Source of the DNA: Macrostomum lignano
Lineage: Eukaryota
NCBI GenBank assembly: GCA_002269645.1
Contig: NIVC01002737.1
Span: 80,217-144,216, forward strand
Direction of reading: 5' to 3'
DNA: 64,000 nucleotides
Positions within the stretch are counted from its first letter, which is position 1. Each line of letters begins with the position of its first letter. The notes beneath the pieces are model-generated. The model ran no database searches, had not been told where the DNA came from, and saw only the letters and a list, made by a program, of their open reading frames with translations. Positions 1 to 14,600 of this stretch are shown here, piece after piece. Both the position numbers and the translations under genes were made by a program.

Positions 1-259
1 TACTTTAAATTTTAAATGTCCTCCTAAGAAATGCGTATTTCCTTAATTGTTAGACTGATGCAGACTGCAGTGGAGCTGAAAATACACAAATTCCTTTCAG
101 GACTGCAAATTGGCAAGAAAAATGACGTGATCAAAGCATGAAAACAGCCATGAGAGTAGTACGTCCCACAAACTGCATGGCTTACCAAGCAGGAATGGGC
201 AGATATTCACTTCAAAAGCCAGATAAAGAATCCAGCTTATGTGCGGGCCAGATGAGAGT

Positions 260-1535
<1,276 letters not shown>

Positions 1536-1835
1536 GAAATTTTAAAGGATCCAAGGGACGTAGGGAGAGTCAGGGAGAGGCTAGAGTTTGCCAATACATG
1601 TTTTAGAGTCAGACAAACATTTTGCCTGACATTCTGTGCAGTACCCCAGCCAACAGTATCAATTTTTTCCTCAAACCCTAATTTTACACGAATGTGCTCC
1701 ATTTTATGTCTACCTCTATCCTACTAACTAATAACAAGTTTTTTTGTGTATGGCCTTAGATTTCAGAATACATGCGAAAGTAAAGTTCCGGGTATTGGAA
1801 TTCCCCGGGTTCAAAATCCGCGGGTTTCAACAGCT

Positions 1836-1837
<2 letters not shown>

Positions 1838-1904
<67 letters not shown>
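1838..1904. repeat. (TA)n microsatellite
   Basis: About 33 TA units visible directly. Confidence 0.97.
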
Positions 1905-1908
<4 letters not shown>

Positions 1909-2601
1909 AGCCTCTTACTAGACCTTGTTGCCAGATTGACTGTTGCCATTTTGACTGTTGCCAGATTGATTAGACACCATTTGTATAAAATCAAAAAGAA
2001 AAAATCAATAAATCATATTTAAAATTATCAAAAATTAATGTTTATAAAATAGGAAAATTTATAACAAAGCTTTAAATATGTATTTTACCAATTCTTTTGC
2101 AAATATATTATAAATATATAAAGGATAAAAAAGAGCTACATAAAGCTTTATAAAAATATTATAATTTTAATATAGCATTTCCCAGCCAATTTGGTCCTAG
2201 AATCACTTAATTTAATCTATAAAAGAGAAACCTAATTCATTCTGCCGTCACTGAAGATATGTCTATGGCCAAATATGCTGTTTTGTTCCACTCAATGTAA
2301 TCCTGGAAGCACTAATTTTGCGTATATATTTTAAAAGCTCTTACTTTTACTCTTACTTACCATTGGTATAGAGTCATTGGTGGAGATGGAACTTTTGAGT
2401 TGACTTTGACTGTCAGAAGCGCCAGCTGCTGCTTGATTGTGGCTTTTAAACGGCTGTGAGCAGATTCCACTATGTTAAAAAATGGCAAGTAGGGTGGAAG
2501 CACTACAACCTACCAATTATGCTGGAACATCGCTGGAATTTTAACCCCATTGTAAAATCTGGCCCCATCCATTACAATGTAGAACTGCTGCTAGTGATGT
2601 A

Positions 2602-3230
2602 CATCCCTATTGGAATAAATGTTGAAAACCCGCGGACGTGCGCTTTAGAATAGAGTCAAATTATTTTCCCACGCTTTAGGATTATCAGAGATGTCCTGAA
2701 AGAGCAGTTTCCTCGAAATCAAAATTCGTTAACTTTCCAAACTCAAAATTGAAATTTTCCGAAATCAAAACGCAGAAAAACAAAGTTTAGTATGACCAAT
2801 ACTCACTTTTTACATTCGATTTACTGCTTATGCAAAATGAAATACACGTAGATGTAGCAGAAATTACTGCTTTTTTAGTGATTTTTTTTGCGATATATTT
2901 AGCGATTTTTTAGACGCTTCCAAATTTTGACTTCTAATTTTATTCAAAATTGAAATTTGCTCTTAATAAAAATTCTAATTTTGGAAAATTCAAATTGAAA
3001 TTTCGGAACATCTCTAAGCTTTTTAAATTATAAGTGTATAGGCCCCTTCCACAGAGGTATTAGATGACCCCTTTCCATGCATATGTATTTGCTAGAGCAG
3101 CAGCCAGCAAGAAAAGGCAGCACGCACGCCGCGCAGGCGCTGCGCGCCTGTGCGCGCACCGCGCTTTAGAAAAATTTCAAAAGTGCGCCAGACGCCGTCC
3201 GCAGATTTACAACTTTTTCCTATAGGGATG
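2602..3230. mobile_element. Non-autonomous TIR element (MITE) inserted in the Tc1 transposase
   Basis: Termini CATCCCTATTGGAATAAATGTTGAAAACCCGCGGAC and the inverted GTCCGCAGATTTACAACTTTTTCCTATAGGGATG; TA on both flanks; splits the transposase between the first and second catalytic D. Confidence 0.75.
2686..3016. mobile_element. hAT-like MITE nested in the previous MITE
   Basis: Termini CAGAGATGTCCTGAAA and TTTCGGAACATCTCTA (Ac-like C/TAG.GATG ends); flanking 8-mers AGGATTAT/AGCTTTTT match only 5 of 8. Confidence 0.6.
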
Positions 3231-5662
3231 TACATCATGGTGAGCACTAACATTCGCGTCTTTGCGAGATATCAATTGATGCAGCCCTGAAACTTTTGAG
3301 CAATCATTGTCTCAGCAATAATCTCATGGTGCAGTAGGTCAGGGTGTGGGATATAGCTTGAAAAATGTTCACTTGGATACCACATTATGTATGAACAACT
3401 TGGCACACTTGTTGACCCCATCAGCTATGGCCTTGACCACGTGGCGTCCATAGATTAAAACTTGTTTCATTGACTTAAATCAAATGGCAATCAGCTGGTA
3501 GACCTAGCAGCCATTCATCATGCTCACATCTCCTTGCAATGTTTTTGGGGCTGTTCCTGGCTGCTGGCATATCTGTGTCCCTTACCAAGCACTTCATTAT
3601 AAACAATTGCTTGTCAAGCTTCCGAACAATAGTACTTTTGCTAACTTCCATTCCATGAGATTGTTAAAGATCATGTTGCATTTGACTCAGCATTAAAAGT
3701 AGATTTTCTTCCAACATTTGCAGCAGCCTGTTTGTGTGCATCTCTCCCAGTTATTCATATTGCAAGCCACCTCTGAGAAGAAAATCTTGGTGGCCAGTGG
3801 TTTCGTATCACCTTATTGAGTATACCATTTAAATTTTCATGTTTAGCCACTGAGAAATCGACAATAAAGTCTCTCCACACTTAAGAGCTTTCACAATGAG
3901 ACAGTACCTTTCATTCTTGACTTTTGCATATCAACTTTTCATGACTTTTCATCATTCTTGCATATTAATGGCTTTTAAAATAATTACACAAAATTAGTGC
4001 CCCTAGGATTAAATTGAATAGAATGAAACAGCATATTTGGCCATAGACATATCTCTAGTGACAGCAGAATGAATTAGAATTCTGTCTGGCAGATTAAATT
4101 GAATGATTCTAGAACCAAATTGACTGGGAAATACTATAATTTATATAAACATTTGTGTCAATGCTAGAGTAAGTTAGAGCTAGGAGATTTCAAACTCACT
4201 GCTAGCATAGCTTGTACATTCATATACTAGTGTATTTTGTCTAGTATACTTGGTGCACAATTGAAAATATTTTTCAGTAACTTCTAGTGTATACATTATA
4301 TGATCTTGACTATAGATGCACAAGTATATGTGCATATGTGTATTCCCTCTAGGAAAAATTTTATGAGGCAATGCTAAGTTAGTAGTTAGCAATTACTAAC
4401 TTTGCAGCAGCAGCTAACCAACAAGTAGAAAGTTTTGGTTTCATGTCTAAGCTGCTAAATAATAACTATTAGTTAATAGTAAGGTTGTGCCACCAAAACA
4501 TCTATGTGATAAGAATGTAGGCTCTCTCAAGGCAAGTAGGAAAATACTGAATATTAAGCAGCTTTTTGTGGCTTTGAATTAAAATGGCCTCCATTAAACA
4601 CAAGAAACTTTTCTGTCCCTAATGGGAGCTCACAAGTCAATGTTTGCAAGTTTTTCTGATGTTTCTAAGGCAAAGAGTAAGAAAAGAAAGGTGTGAGAGA
4701 AGATTAGATTTGCTATGGAGTCGAATGGACTGAGCAATTCAGTGTTTGCTCATGGGAAATCAGGTTTCTACTTCTCAGGGCATTGTATTCCAACTGTAGG
4801 CCAATACAATCTACTAGAAAATTAAATGTTTCTGGGTTCATTTAGAAGTATTGCTTAAAGTCATTACTAGCATTATAATTTATGTGGTCTTTGAACTCTC
4901 TTGGTCAACAATTTTCAACCAGGATATCAGCTTATTGAAGCTTGTCAAATAGTGGAATCTCCATTCTTAGCCACCTCTTGAGGATACTAAACTTTATCAG
5001 TTAAACTTGTTGTCCTTTTAGGCTTTAGCTGAACTGCTAAGGTCATGAAACTGCAAACTAGTGGTCTGCTAAAAACCTTTTGACCATAGACATTGCTCAG
5101 AAACCCCTTATCCAACTAATATGCTTATGAAGCCAAAAGTTAGTGTAGTAGACTGATAAAAATTAGAATGCAACTACTAGACTCAAGAAACCAAAGGATG
5201 ACTGCAAACTATATATAATTAAAATGTTTTGAGGCAAATTGATCCCTAATTTCTTCCTAGACAATGGCTATAAAATCTGATGGTTACACTATTATAATGC
5301 TAGAACTATTTTGTTTCCCTGAAAAATACAATTTAACAAAGTATTAATAATGGTTATACTTTAAATTTGTTTTGGAATTTCCAAAAAGTACTATATTACT
5401 CGTAATATTTTACCAATTACAAAAGAACAATTAACTTTTTATTGCTCCAAGCATGCATAAAGGATAATATATAAATACTCATTTCTTTGTTTAAAAAATA
5501 TTTGAGCTCCAAAAATAAGAAAAGCACTACTACTACTACTACCAGCACTACTGCTCTCATTTCATTCGGTCTCGCTTGGCAAGAGCAGCTGTCTAACCAG
5601 TCTGTGAAGCAGAAAAAAACAAAAGTCCAGCTAGCATATTTTCAATTGTACTTTATTACACA

Positions 5663-8600
5663 ATGGCCTGCGACCTGCTAATGCCATCATCGCAAGGCGG
5701 AGCCAACAATCCAGCCTTCTCGCCGCTGACCCTGTTCGAGTGCACCATCACCAACGCACAGATGCTCATCGACTCCATGGCCGACCGGGACCTGATGCAG
5801 GCCCTGAAGATCGCCGGCGGCCTCCACACCCACATTGTCGGCGTCATCGAGCCGCGCTACGATCGCGTCTGTCAGCGTAGCGACGAGCACGAAGCCTGCT
5901 GCCAGGCGGCTGCCGCGGCTGCAACATCAGCAACGCTGACTCCTTCCAAGTCAGCTGGCGCCGCCAACTCGGCCAGTTTCGGAGCCAATGGCAGCGGCGC
6001 CGATTTGAAATCTGCCGTAGCTGCCGCCGCCGCCGCGGCCGGCCTGAAGTCCGAGTCTACCGGCTCTGTGGCAGCTGGCGGCGTCAAGTCCGAGCTGCTG
6101 GACCCCGACGCGTTCCCCGAGGAAGACGAAGAGGACTGTCTGATCCTGGAGGAGGACTGCTCCTTCCCCGCCGCTGCTGCCGCAATGTCGCCGTCGGCCT
6201 CCAGCTCCGCCAGCCGAAAGCGCCACCGCCCGTTGTCGCCCTCGTCAAGTCTGCAGATGCCGGGCGGAGCCAGCGCGGGTTTTCCTGGCAGCGCCCAGCA
6301 ACTGGCCGAGTGCAAAAATGCGCTCAGGATGGCCTATAAAAATATTAAAGGCAACGGGCCGCACCTGTTTGACTTTGCGCTGTCGTGAGTTGCTCTGCAA
6401 TTCTTGCATCCCTTGTAGAGGGATTCGGTGGGGTATGCGCGGTTGAGGGATTCAGTGGGGTATGAGCGTGTGAGGGATTCAGTGGGGTATGAGCGTGTGA
6501 GGGATTCAGTGGGGTATGAGCGGGTGAGGGATTCAGTGGGGTATGAGCGTGTGAGGGATTCAGTGGGGTATGAGCGTGTGAGGGATTCAGTGGGGTATGA
6601 GCGTGTGAGGGATTCAGTGGGGTATGAGCGTGTGAGGGATTCAGTGGGGTATGAGCGGGTGAGGGATTCAGTGGGGTTGGGTATGAGCGGGTGAGGGATT
6701 CAGTGGCGTATAAGCGTGTGAGGGATTCAGTGGGGTATGAGCGTGTGAGGGATTCAGTGGGGTATGAGCGGGTGAGGGATTCAGTGGGGTATGAGCGTGT
6801 GAGGGATTCAGTGGGGTATGAGCGTGTGAGGGATTCAGTGGGGTATGAGCGTGTGAGGGATTCAGTGGGGTATGAGCGTGTGAGGGATTCAGTGGGGTAT
6901 GAGCGTGTGAGGGATTCAGTGGGGTATGAGCGGGTGAGGGATTCAGTGGGGTATGAGCGTGTGAGGGATTCAGTGGGGTATGAGCGTGTGAGGGATTCAG
7001 TGGGGTATGAGCGGGTGAGGGATTCAGTGGGGTATGAGCGTGTGAGGGATTCAGTGGGGTATGAGCGGGTGAGGGATTCAGTGGGGTATGAGCGTGTGAG
7101 GGATTCAGTGGGGTATGAGCGTGTGAGGGATTCAGTGGGGTATGAGCGGGTGAGGGATTCAGTGGGGTATGAGCGTGTGAGGGATTCAGTGGGGTATGAG
7201 CGGGTGAGGGATTCAGTGGGGTTGGGTATGAGCGGGTGAGGGATTCAGTGGCGTATAAGCGTGTGAGGGATTCAGTGGGGTATGAGCGTGTGAGGGATTC
7301 AGTGGGGTATGAGCGTGTGAGGGATTCAGTGGGGTATGAGCGGGTGAGGGATTCAGTGGGGTTGGGTATGAGCGGGTGAGGGATTCAGTGGCGTATAAGC
7401 GTGTGAGGGATTCAGTGGGGTATGAGCGTGTGAGGGATTCAGTGGGGTATGAGCGTGTGAGGGATTCAGTGGGGTATGAGCGTGTGAGGGATTCAGTGGG
7501 GTATGAGCGTGTGAGGGATTCAGTGGGGTATGAGCGTGTGAGGGATTCAGTGGGGTATGAGCGGGTGAGGGATTCAGTGGGGTATGAGCGGGTGAGGGAT
7601 TCAGTGGGGTATGAGCGGGTGAGGGATTCAGTGGGGTATGAGCGTGTGAGGGATTCAGTGGGGTATGAGCGTGTGAGGGATTCAGTGGGGTATGAGCGGG
7701 TGAGGGATTCAGTGGGGTTGGGTATGAGCGGGTGAGGGATTCAGTGGCGTATAAGCGTGTGAGGGATTCAGTGGGGTATGAGCGTGTGAGGGATTCAGTG
7801 GGGTATGAGCGTGTGAGGGATTCAGTGGGGTATGAGCGTGTGAGGGATTCAGTGGGGTATGAGCGGGTGAGGGATTCAGTTGGGTTGGGTATGAGCGGGT
7901 GAAGGATTCAGTGGCGTATAAGCGGGTGAGGGATTCAGTGGGGTTGGGTATGAGCGGGTGAAGGATTCAGTGGCGTATAAGCGGGTGAGGGATTCAGTGG
8001 GGTATGAGCGTGTGAGGGATTCAGTGGGGTATGAGCGTGTGAGGGATTCAGTGGGGTATGAGCGTGTGAGGGATTCAGTGGGGTATGAGCGGGTGAGGGA
8101 TTCAGTGGGGTTGGGTATGAGCGGGTGAGGGATTCAGTGGCGTATAAGCGTGTGAGGGATTCAGTGGGGTATGAGCGTGTGAGGGATTCAGTGGGGTATG
8201 AGCGTGTGAGGGATTCAGTGGGGTATGAGCGTGTGAGGGATTCAGTGGGGTATGAGCGGGTGAGGGATTCAGTGGGGTTGGGTATGAGCGGGTGAAGGAT
8301 TCAGTGGCGTATAAGCGGGTGAGGGATTCAGTGGGGTTGGGTATGAGCGGGTGAAGGATTCAGTGGCGTATAAGCGGGTGAGGGATTCAGTGGGGTATGA
8401 GCGGGTGAGGGATTCGGTGGGGTATGAGCGGCACAGTGAGGGATCCATTGGGGTCTGAGCAGCACAATGAGGGATTCAGTGGGATATGAGCAGCACAGTG
8501 AAGGATTCAGTGGGGTATGAGCAGCACAATGAGGGATTCAGTGGGGTATGAGCAACACAGTGAGGGATTCAGGGGTCTGAGCAGCACAGTGAGGGATTCA

Positions 8601-11600
8601 GTGGGGTATGAGCAACACAGTGAGGGATTCAGGGGTCTGAGCAGCACAGTGAGGGATTCAGTGGGGTATGAGCAACACAGTGAGGGATTCAGGGGTATGA
8701 GCAGCACAGTGAGGGATTCAGTGGGGTATGAGCAGCACAGTGAGGAATTCAGTGGGGTATGAGCAGCACAGTGAGGGATTCAGTGGGGTATGAGCAGCAC
8801 AGTGAGGGATTCAGTGGGGTATGAGCAGCACAGTGAGGGATTCAGTGGGGTATGAGCAGCACAGTGAGGGATTCAGTGGGGTATGAGCAGCACAGTGAGG
8901 GATTCAGTGGAGTATGAGCAGCACAGTGAGGGATTCAGTGGGGTATGAGCAGCACAGTGAGGGATTCAGTGGGGTATGAGCAGCACAGTGAGGGATTCAG
9001 TGGAGTATGAGCAGCACAGTGAGGGATTCAGTGGGGTGGTGAGGCAGTGCAAGAACCCAACCAATCGCATTACATTTCATTACAATTTCACCAACCAATC
9101 GCAACGCCGCCGCAGCTTCCACGACCCGTCCAATCAGAGAGTGTCCGAGCAGATTATCGCTGCGGCCCGCCAGCAGCTGAGCCACCTGCGCCTGCCTAAC
9201 GATGTCTGGTGGAGTGAGTTGGTTATTTAATAATTTAAACAAATGCATAAGTGACTACTCGCAACCAGTTAAAGTAATAGCATTAGCAAATGTATTAAGT
9301 GAATATTGATGTCGGCCCTCTCCTTGCATTTGGTGACTTCGCACCGTGATCCAGTTTGATTGCCAGCTACAATAAGAGTTTTCATATCTTACCTGAGTAT
9401 GGCTAGTAGCTCGTTCGTTTCCCATGGGACGGCAGCGCAACTGTCCCGTCATTAATTGATTCCGCCTCTATGAATTCATAATTAACTAATTATCTATGCT
9501 CTTCTTAACTGTTAGCAGTACAGTATGCATTTCAGTTTGTTGATTTTGCTTCCCACTATCTGAGGTGCAGGTTTTATTGGTTATTTAAACCGACTGCAGG
9601 GTCGCGTGCTGATTATTGATACAAGCTGTGCAATTAGTTGTACTTTTATTGCTGATCAGCTGCGTGCTGCCGTTCAACTGAAACTTTGTTTAGGCCAAGC
9701 CGGCAACCTGTGTAAGCGAATCAAAATCGAGCTGAACAATAACAAGCGGCGCAATCGGCAGTTTCGCTGCAGGCAGAAGGTTGTTCTCCAACTGATTATT
9801 CTATTGGCTACCTAGCTAGCGAATCCCTACCAGCTGCAATGCTGAGCAGCCAGCCTCCCACATCCCCTAATGAGCCAGCCTCCCACATCCTTAATGAGCC
9901 AGTCTACCTCACCCCTAATGAGCAGCCATCCTCCCACATCCCTAATGAACCAGTCTCCCACATCCCCTAATGAGCCAGTCTCCCTCACCCCCTAATAAGC
10001 AGCCAGCCTACCATATCCCCTAATGAGCCAGCCTCCCACATCCCTTAATGAGCAGCCAGCCTCCAACACCCCATAATGAGCAGCCAGCCTCCCACACTCC
10101 CTAATGATCCAGCCTCTCACATCCCTTAATGAGCAGCCAGCCTCCCACACTCCCTAATGATCCAGCCTCCCACACCCCCTAATGAGCAGCCAGCCTCCCA
10201 CACCCCTAATGATCCAGCCTCCCACACCCCCTAATGAGCAGCCAGCCTCCCACACCCCCTAATGATCCAGCCTCCCACATCCCTTAATGAGCAGCCAGCC
10301 TCCCACACTCCCTAATGAGCCAGCCTCCCACACCCCCTAATGAGCAGCCAGCCTCCCACACCCCCTAATGATCCAGCCTCCCACACCCCCTAATGAGCAG
10401 CCAGCCTCCCACACCCCCTAATGATCCAGCCTCCCACACCCCCTAATGAGCAGCCAGCCTCCCACACCCCCTAATGATCCAGCCTCCCACATCCCTTAAT
10501 GAGCAGCCAGCCTCCCACACTCCCTAATGAGCCAGCCTCCCACACCCCCTAATGAGCAGCCAGCCTCCCACACCCCCTAATGATCCAGCCTCCCACACCC
10601 CCTAATGAGCAGCCAGCCTCCCACACCCCCTAATGAGCAGCCAGCCTCCCACACCCCCTAATGAGCAGCCAGCCTCCCACACCCCCTAATGAGCAGCCAG
10701 CCTCCCACACCCCCTAATGAGCAGCCAGCCTCCCACACCCCTAATGAGCAGCCAGCCTCCCACACCCCTAATGAGCAGTCAGCCTCCCACACCCCCTAAT
10801 GAGCAGCTAGCCTCCCACACTCCATAATGAGCCAGCCTCCCACACCCCCTAATGAGCAGCCAGCCTCCCACATCCCCTAATGAGCAGCCATTGAGTCTTG
10901 TCTTCTTAGCTTAGTTTATTGTGGCAGTGATAACAATCGGGGAAAGTTCTCAATGCCCTTATGAAGTGAAGCGGATCAAACTGCGGTGAAGCGGTGAAGT
11001 CTCGGGCAGTTGCTTGCTCAGCTCCGACAGTCATACCGCAGAGCCAATCAAATGCGTTTTTTAGAATCGCTCAACAGCAGCGGCGTGTTCGGTCAAGCGA
11101 GGCACAATTACTTAGCCAAATTTCGAATGCTTAAAATTAAACGGAAAAGCAACGTAGGTTTATTTGAGACTGTGTGCTCACTGAGCTGCGTGTGTCTGCG
11201 AACTCTGCTAGGTCATGGTTATAACTAGGGGGACAGGCAAATAAACTGACTTGCTGTGCCAGCGCTGTTAACCTGTAACCAAGTGTTAACCCGTAAACAT
11301 AGAAAGGCATGCCACTCGCCTTGCAGACAATAAAGCTGCTCGAGCATTTTATGCCGAGGAGAAAAATCGCGTGCTCACTCGAGTCCGAATGCGCCGCGTT
11401 GCCGGGCAGAAGTCTGTAAGGAGTCGCATCTGCCTTCCCTTCCCATCTTGTTTTTCTGAGTTGCAGTTTTGTCGCTTCTAATAGTTGCTTGATCAGCTGT
11501 TGCCACGGGCGTCTGGAGTTCCCGCTGGACTGGACTGGGGCGAGCATGGGGGGGGGGGGTTAGTCAAATTGGGTATATATTCAAAAGGTATTCATGACGA

Positions 11601-14600
11601 CACTCAAAGATCCCAGTGTCCAGTCCAGATAAGCTCCAGTGGTCCCTGGCCCATTCGCCCATTGTTCATCATGTTAATCGTTGTTATACGCTTTTATAAA
11701 AATTCGTAGCGATTCGGTGGCAAAGAGTTGGCCCATATCGACTAGAGTGCAGCTAGGCAGTATCTATGCAATAATAGCACACTGGATTGGACCGCTTACT
11801 GACCTTATTGCAGAGCACTGCTTCCCCAGCTTGTACGATGAGTTAACCAAATATGACAAGCATAGGGAGCGAATGAAGCACAGAATGCGAGCTCGCAGGC
11901 TTATGAACAGCGTACGTATTATAAATAACTATAACTATTTGGCAGTGCAAGCCTGCTTGTTTCATAAATCACTGCCTAATCGCGCATCAAACGCAAGGTC
12001 CGCGGCTAACACTTCCCATGGTTTCTTAGCGCAATCTTAATCCTCTTTGGGGTTGGGGATTTCTTTTTAAACTGTTTCAGGCCTGTCCAGTGCTGCGTTT
12101 GCTGATCTGCAGCACAGCATATTGGAGAAGCGGCACTATACTAAGCATTCTGTGCGGAAATTCCGCAGCAAACTCAAGGTAAACACTGCCCTGGTCCGGA
12201 TTGGGTCTTTGATATTAGCTTTTGCTTCTGCAGTCCTGTGTGTTCACCGTGTGTTCCGTGTTTGTTCTGGGCTATTAAAAGAGCAAGCTTTAATAGCCAA
12301 GATCTGGTCTGACAGTCGAATCCCACTGTCAAGTCCCAATCCCATAGTCAGAAGTCCCAATCCCGCAGTCAGAAGTCCCAATCCCATAGTCAGAAGTCCC
12401 AATCCCGCAGTCAGAAGTCCCAATCCCATAGTCAGAAGTCCCAATCCCGCAGTCAGAAGTCCCAATCCCATAGTCAGAAGTCCTAATCCCGCAGTCAGAA
12501 GTCCCAATCCCATAGTCAGAAGTCCCAATCCCGCAGTCAGAAGTCCCAATCCCATAGTCAGAAGTCCCAATCCCGCAGTCAGAAGTCCCAATCCCGCAGT
12601 CAGAAGTCCCAATCCCGCAGTCAGAAGTCCCAATCCCATAGTCAGAAGTCCCAATCCCGCAGTCAGAAGTCCCAATCCCATAGTCAGAAGTCCCAAATCC
12701 AATGTCAAGTCCCAATCCCATAGTCAGAAGTCCGAATCCCGCAGTCAGAAGTCCCAATCCCACAGTCAAAAGTCCCAATCTCACAGTGGGAAGTCACAAT
12801 CTCACAGTCAGAAGTCACAATCTCACAGTCGTAAGTCACAATCCCACTGTCAGAAGTCCCAATCTCACAATCAGAAGTCCCAATCCCACAGTCAAATCCC
12901 AAGCCCATAGTCAGAAGTCACAATCCCATAGTCAGAAGTCACAATCCCATAGTCAGAAGTCACAATCCCACAGTCAGAAGTCACAATCACACAGTCGGAA
13001 ATCAATCCCGCAGTCAGAAGTCCCAATCTCACAGTCAGAAGTCACAATCCCATAGTCAGAAGTCACAATCCCATAGTCAGAAGTCACAATCCCACAGTCA
13101 GAAGTCACAATCACGCAGTCGGAAATCACAATCCCGCAGTCAGAAGTCCCAATCACACAGTCGGAAATCACAATCCCGCAGTCAGAAGTCCCAATCACAC
13201 AGTCGGAAATCACAATCCCGCAGTCAGAAGTCCCAATCACACAGTCGGAAATCACAATCCCGCAGTCAGAAGTCCCAATCACACAGTCGGAAATCACAAT
13301 CCCGCAGTCAGAAGTCCCAATCGCACAGTCGGAAATCACAATCCCGCAGTCAGAAGTCCCAATCACACAGTCGGAAATCACAATCCCGCAGTCAGAAGTC
13401 CCAATCACACAGTCGGAAATCACAATCCCGCAGTCAGAAGTCCCAATCGCACAGTCGGAAATCACAATCCCGCAGTCAAAAGTCCTAGCCCTACTAATTT
13501 CAAGTTAATCTCTACTGACTAATCCCTATTAAATTTATTCTGATAAATTAATAGGTTGCATGCCTGTTGGAGGTGCATAGCAACCCGGTACGATGGTAAC
13601 AAATTTCACGCAGCATCAAAAGCAAGGCCCGGCCGCCCCAGTTTAGCCAGCTCCGTTAGAGATTGAATCCAGTGTTTCAGGACCGCCCGGCAGTAACACC
13701 TGCGCCGTGCGCTGCATTGCAGGCTGCGCTGAGGAATTGTGGCTGCTATTGAAGAAAGCTGTGGCGCACAAGCGCGAAAGAGACGTCTTCTATCAGCGCA
13801 AGGGGCGCCTGAAAAATAAAGTAAAACCATGCAATCTATGCTCATTTGCTTACTTTTTCCACCGGGTTTTATCCTTTGTTGTAAATTAACCAATTGGGTC
13901 GGTAAGACGCATATAGGCTTTTAGGAAGTAGGTGCTAATCAGGGACTTTTCTGCTCTCATTTATACGACTGACATGATGCCTCATCTTTAACATTGATTG
14001 GGCTGCGTGATATTACACCTCGCTGCCTCCCGCTCTCCGTCTCCCCTTTCCAACCTCCATCTCCCCCTCCCAGCCTCCCTCTCTACCCCCTCCCAGCCTC
14101 TCTACCCCCTCCCAACCTCTCTCTCTACCCCCTCCCAGCCTCTCTCTCTACCCCCTCCCAGCCTCCCTCTCTACCCCCTCCCAGCCTCCCTCTATCTCCC
14201 GCTCCCAACCTCCATCTCTACCCCCCTCCGAACCTCCCTCTCCATCTCCCTCTCCCGACCTACCTCTCCATCTCCCTCTCCGTGTCCCACACGCCACATA
14301 CAGCTCCTGTTTTCTGACCCATCAGAAACTGGCCAGACGGCAGAAGAGCTTCGAACTGCTAGCAACCAGTTTATCCACCGACAAGTTCGACAAGTACCGC
14401 ATCATTTTGTCCCGGGACTACACTTCGTCTGACGAGGAAGCCGATGTTGGCAGCGGCGGTGCCAGCGCGAGCGGCGATGACGGAGGAGGCGGCGGAGGCG
14501 TCCTTCGAGTCCGCGAGCTGCCCTGGGAATCTGCGGAGCTGCGCGAGATGAAGCAGCAGCTGGACTCTATCTATCTGGAGAATTGCGCAACTCAGAAGCA

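Larger units (their letters stand above)
2173..4136 (-). mobile_element. Degenerate Tc1/mariner (IS630-like, DDE_3-type) DNA transposon
   Basis: About 165-bp imperfect inverted repeats (2173-2338 vs 3971-4136) with TA on both flanks. Minus-strand remnants read STIVRKLDKQLF..RNSPKNIARR..LI*VNETSFNLWTPRGQG (first D region) and FYIVMDGARFYN..LPPYLPFFNIVESAHSRLKATIK (second D and E), with stops. Confidence 0.85.

Noticed and set aside
6428-8762. RDSVGYERV-repeat ORFs
   Set aside because: Products of a 27-bp intronic minisatellite with unit length divisible by 3.
9019-9115. Longer gene A exon 2 starting at a CACAG inside the repeat (EGFSGVVRQCKNPT..)
   Set aside because: In phase, but the paralog supports the cag|CTTC acceptor at 9116, which gives FDFALSFHDPSNQRV matching FDFSLPFSSEHNQRV.
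11560-11710. Possible additional gene A variant exon after a TCAAATTGG selector-like 9-mer
   Set aside because: The candidate frames contain stops or lack a phase-0 GT; at most a decayed copy.
12234-12330. Exon-like segment (ctgcag|TC CTG TGT..LCVHRVFRVCSGLLKEQ)
   Set aside because: Good acceptor and phase, but no donor before the minisatellite and only weak similarity to the variants.
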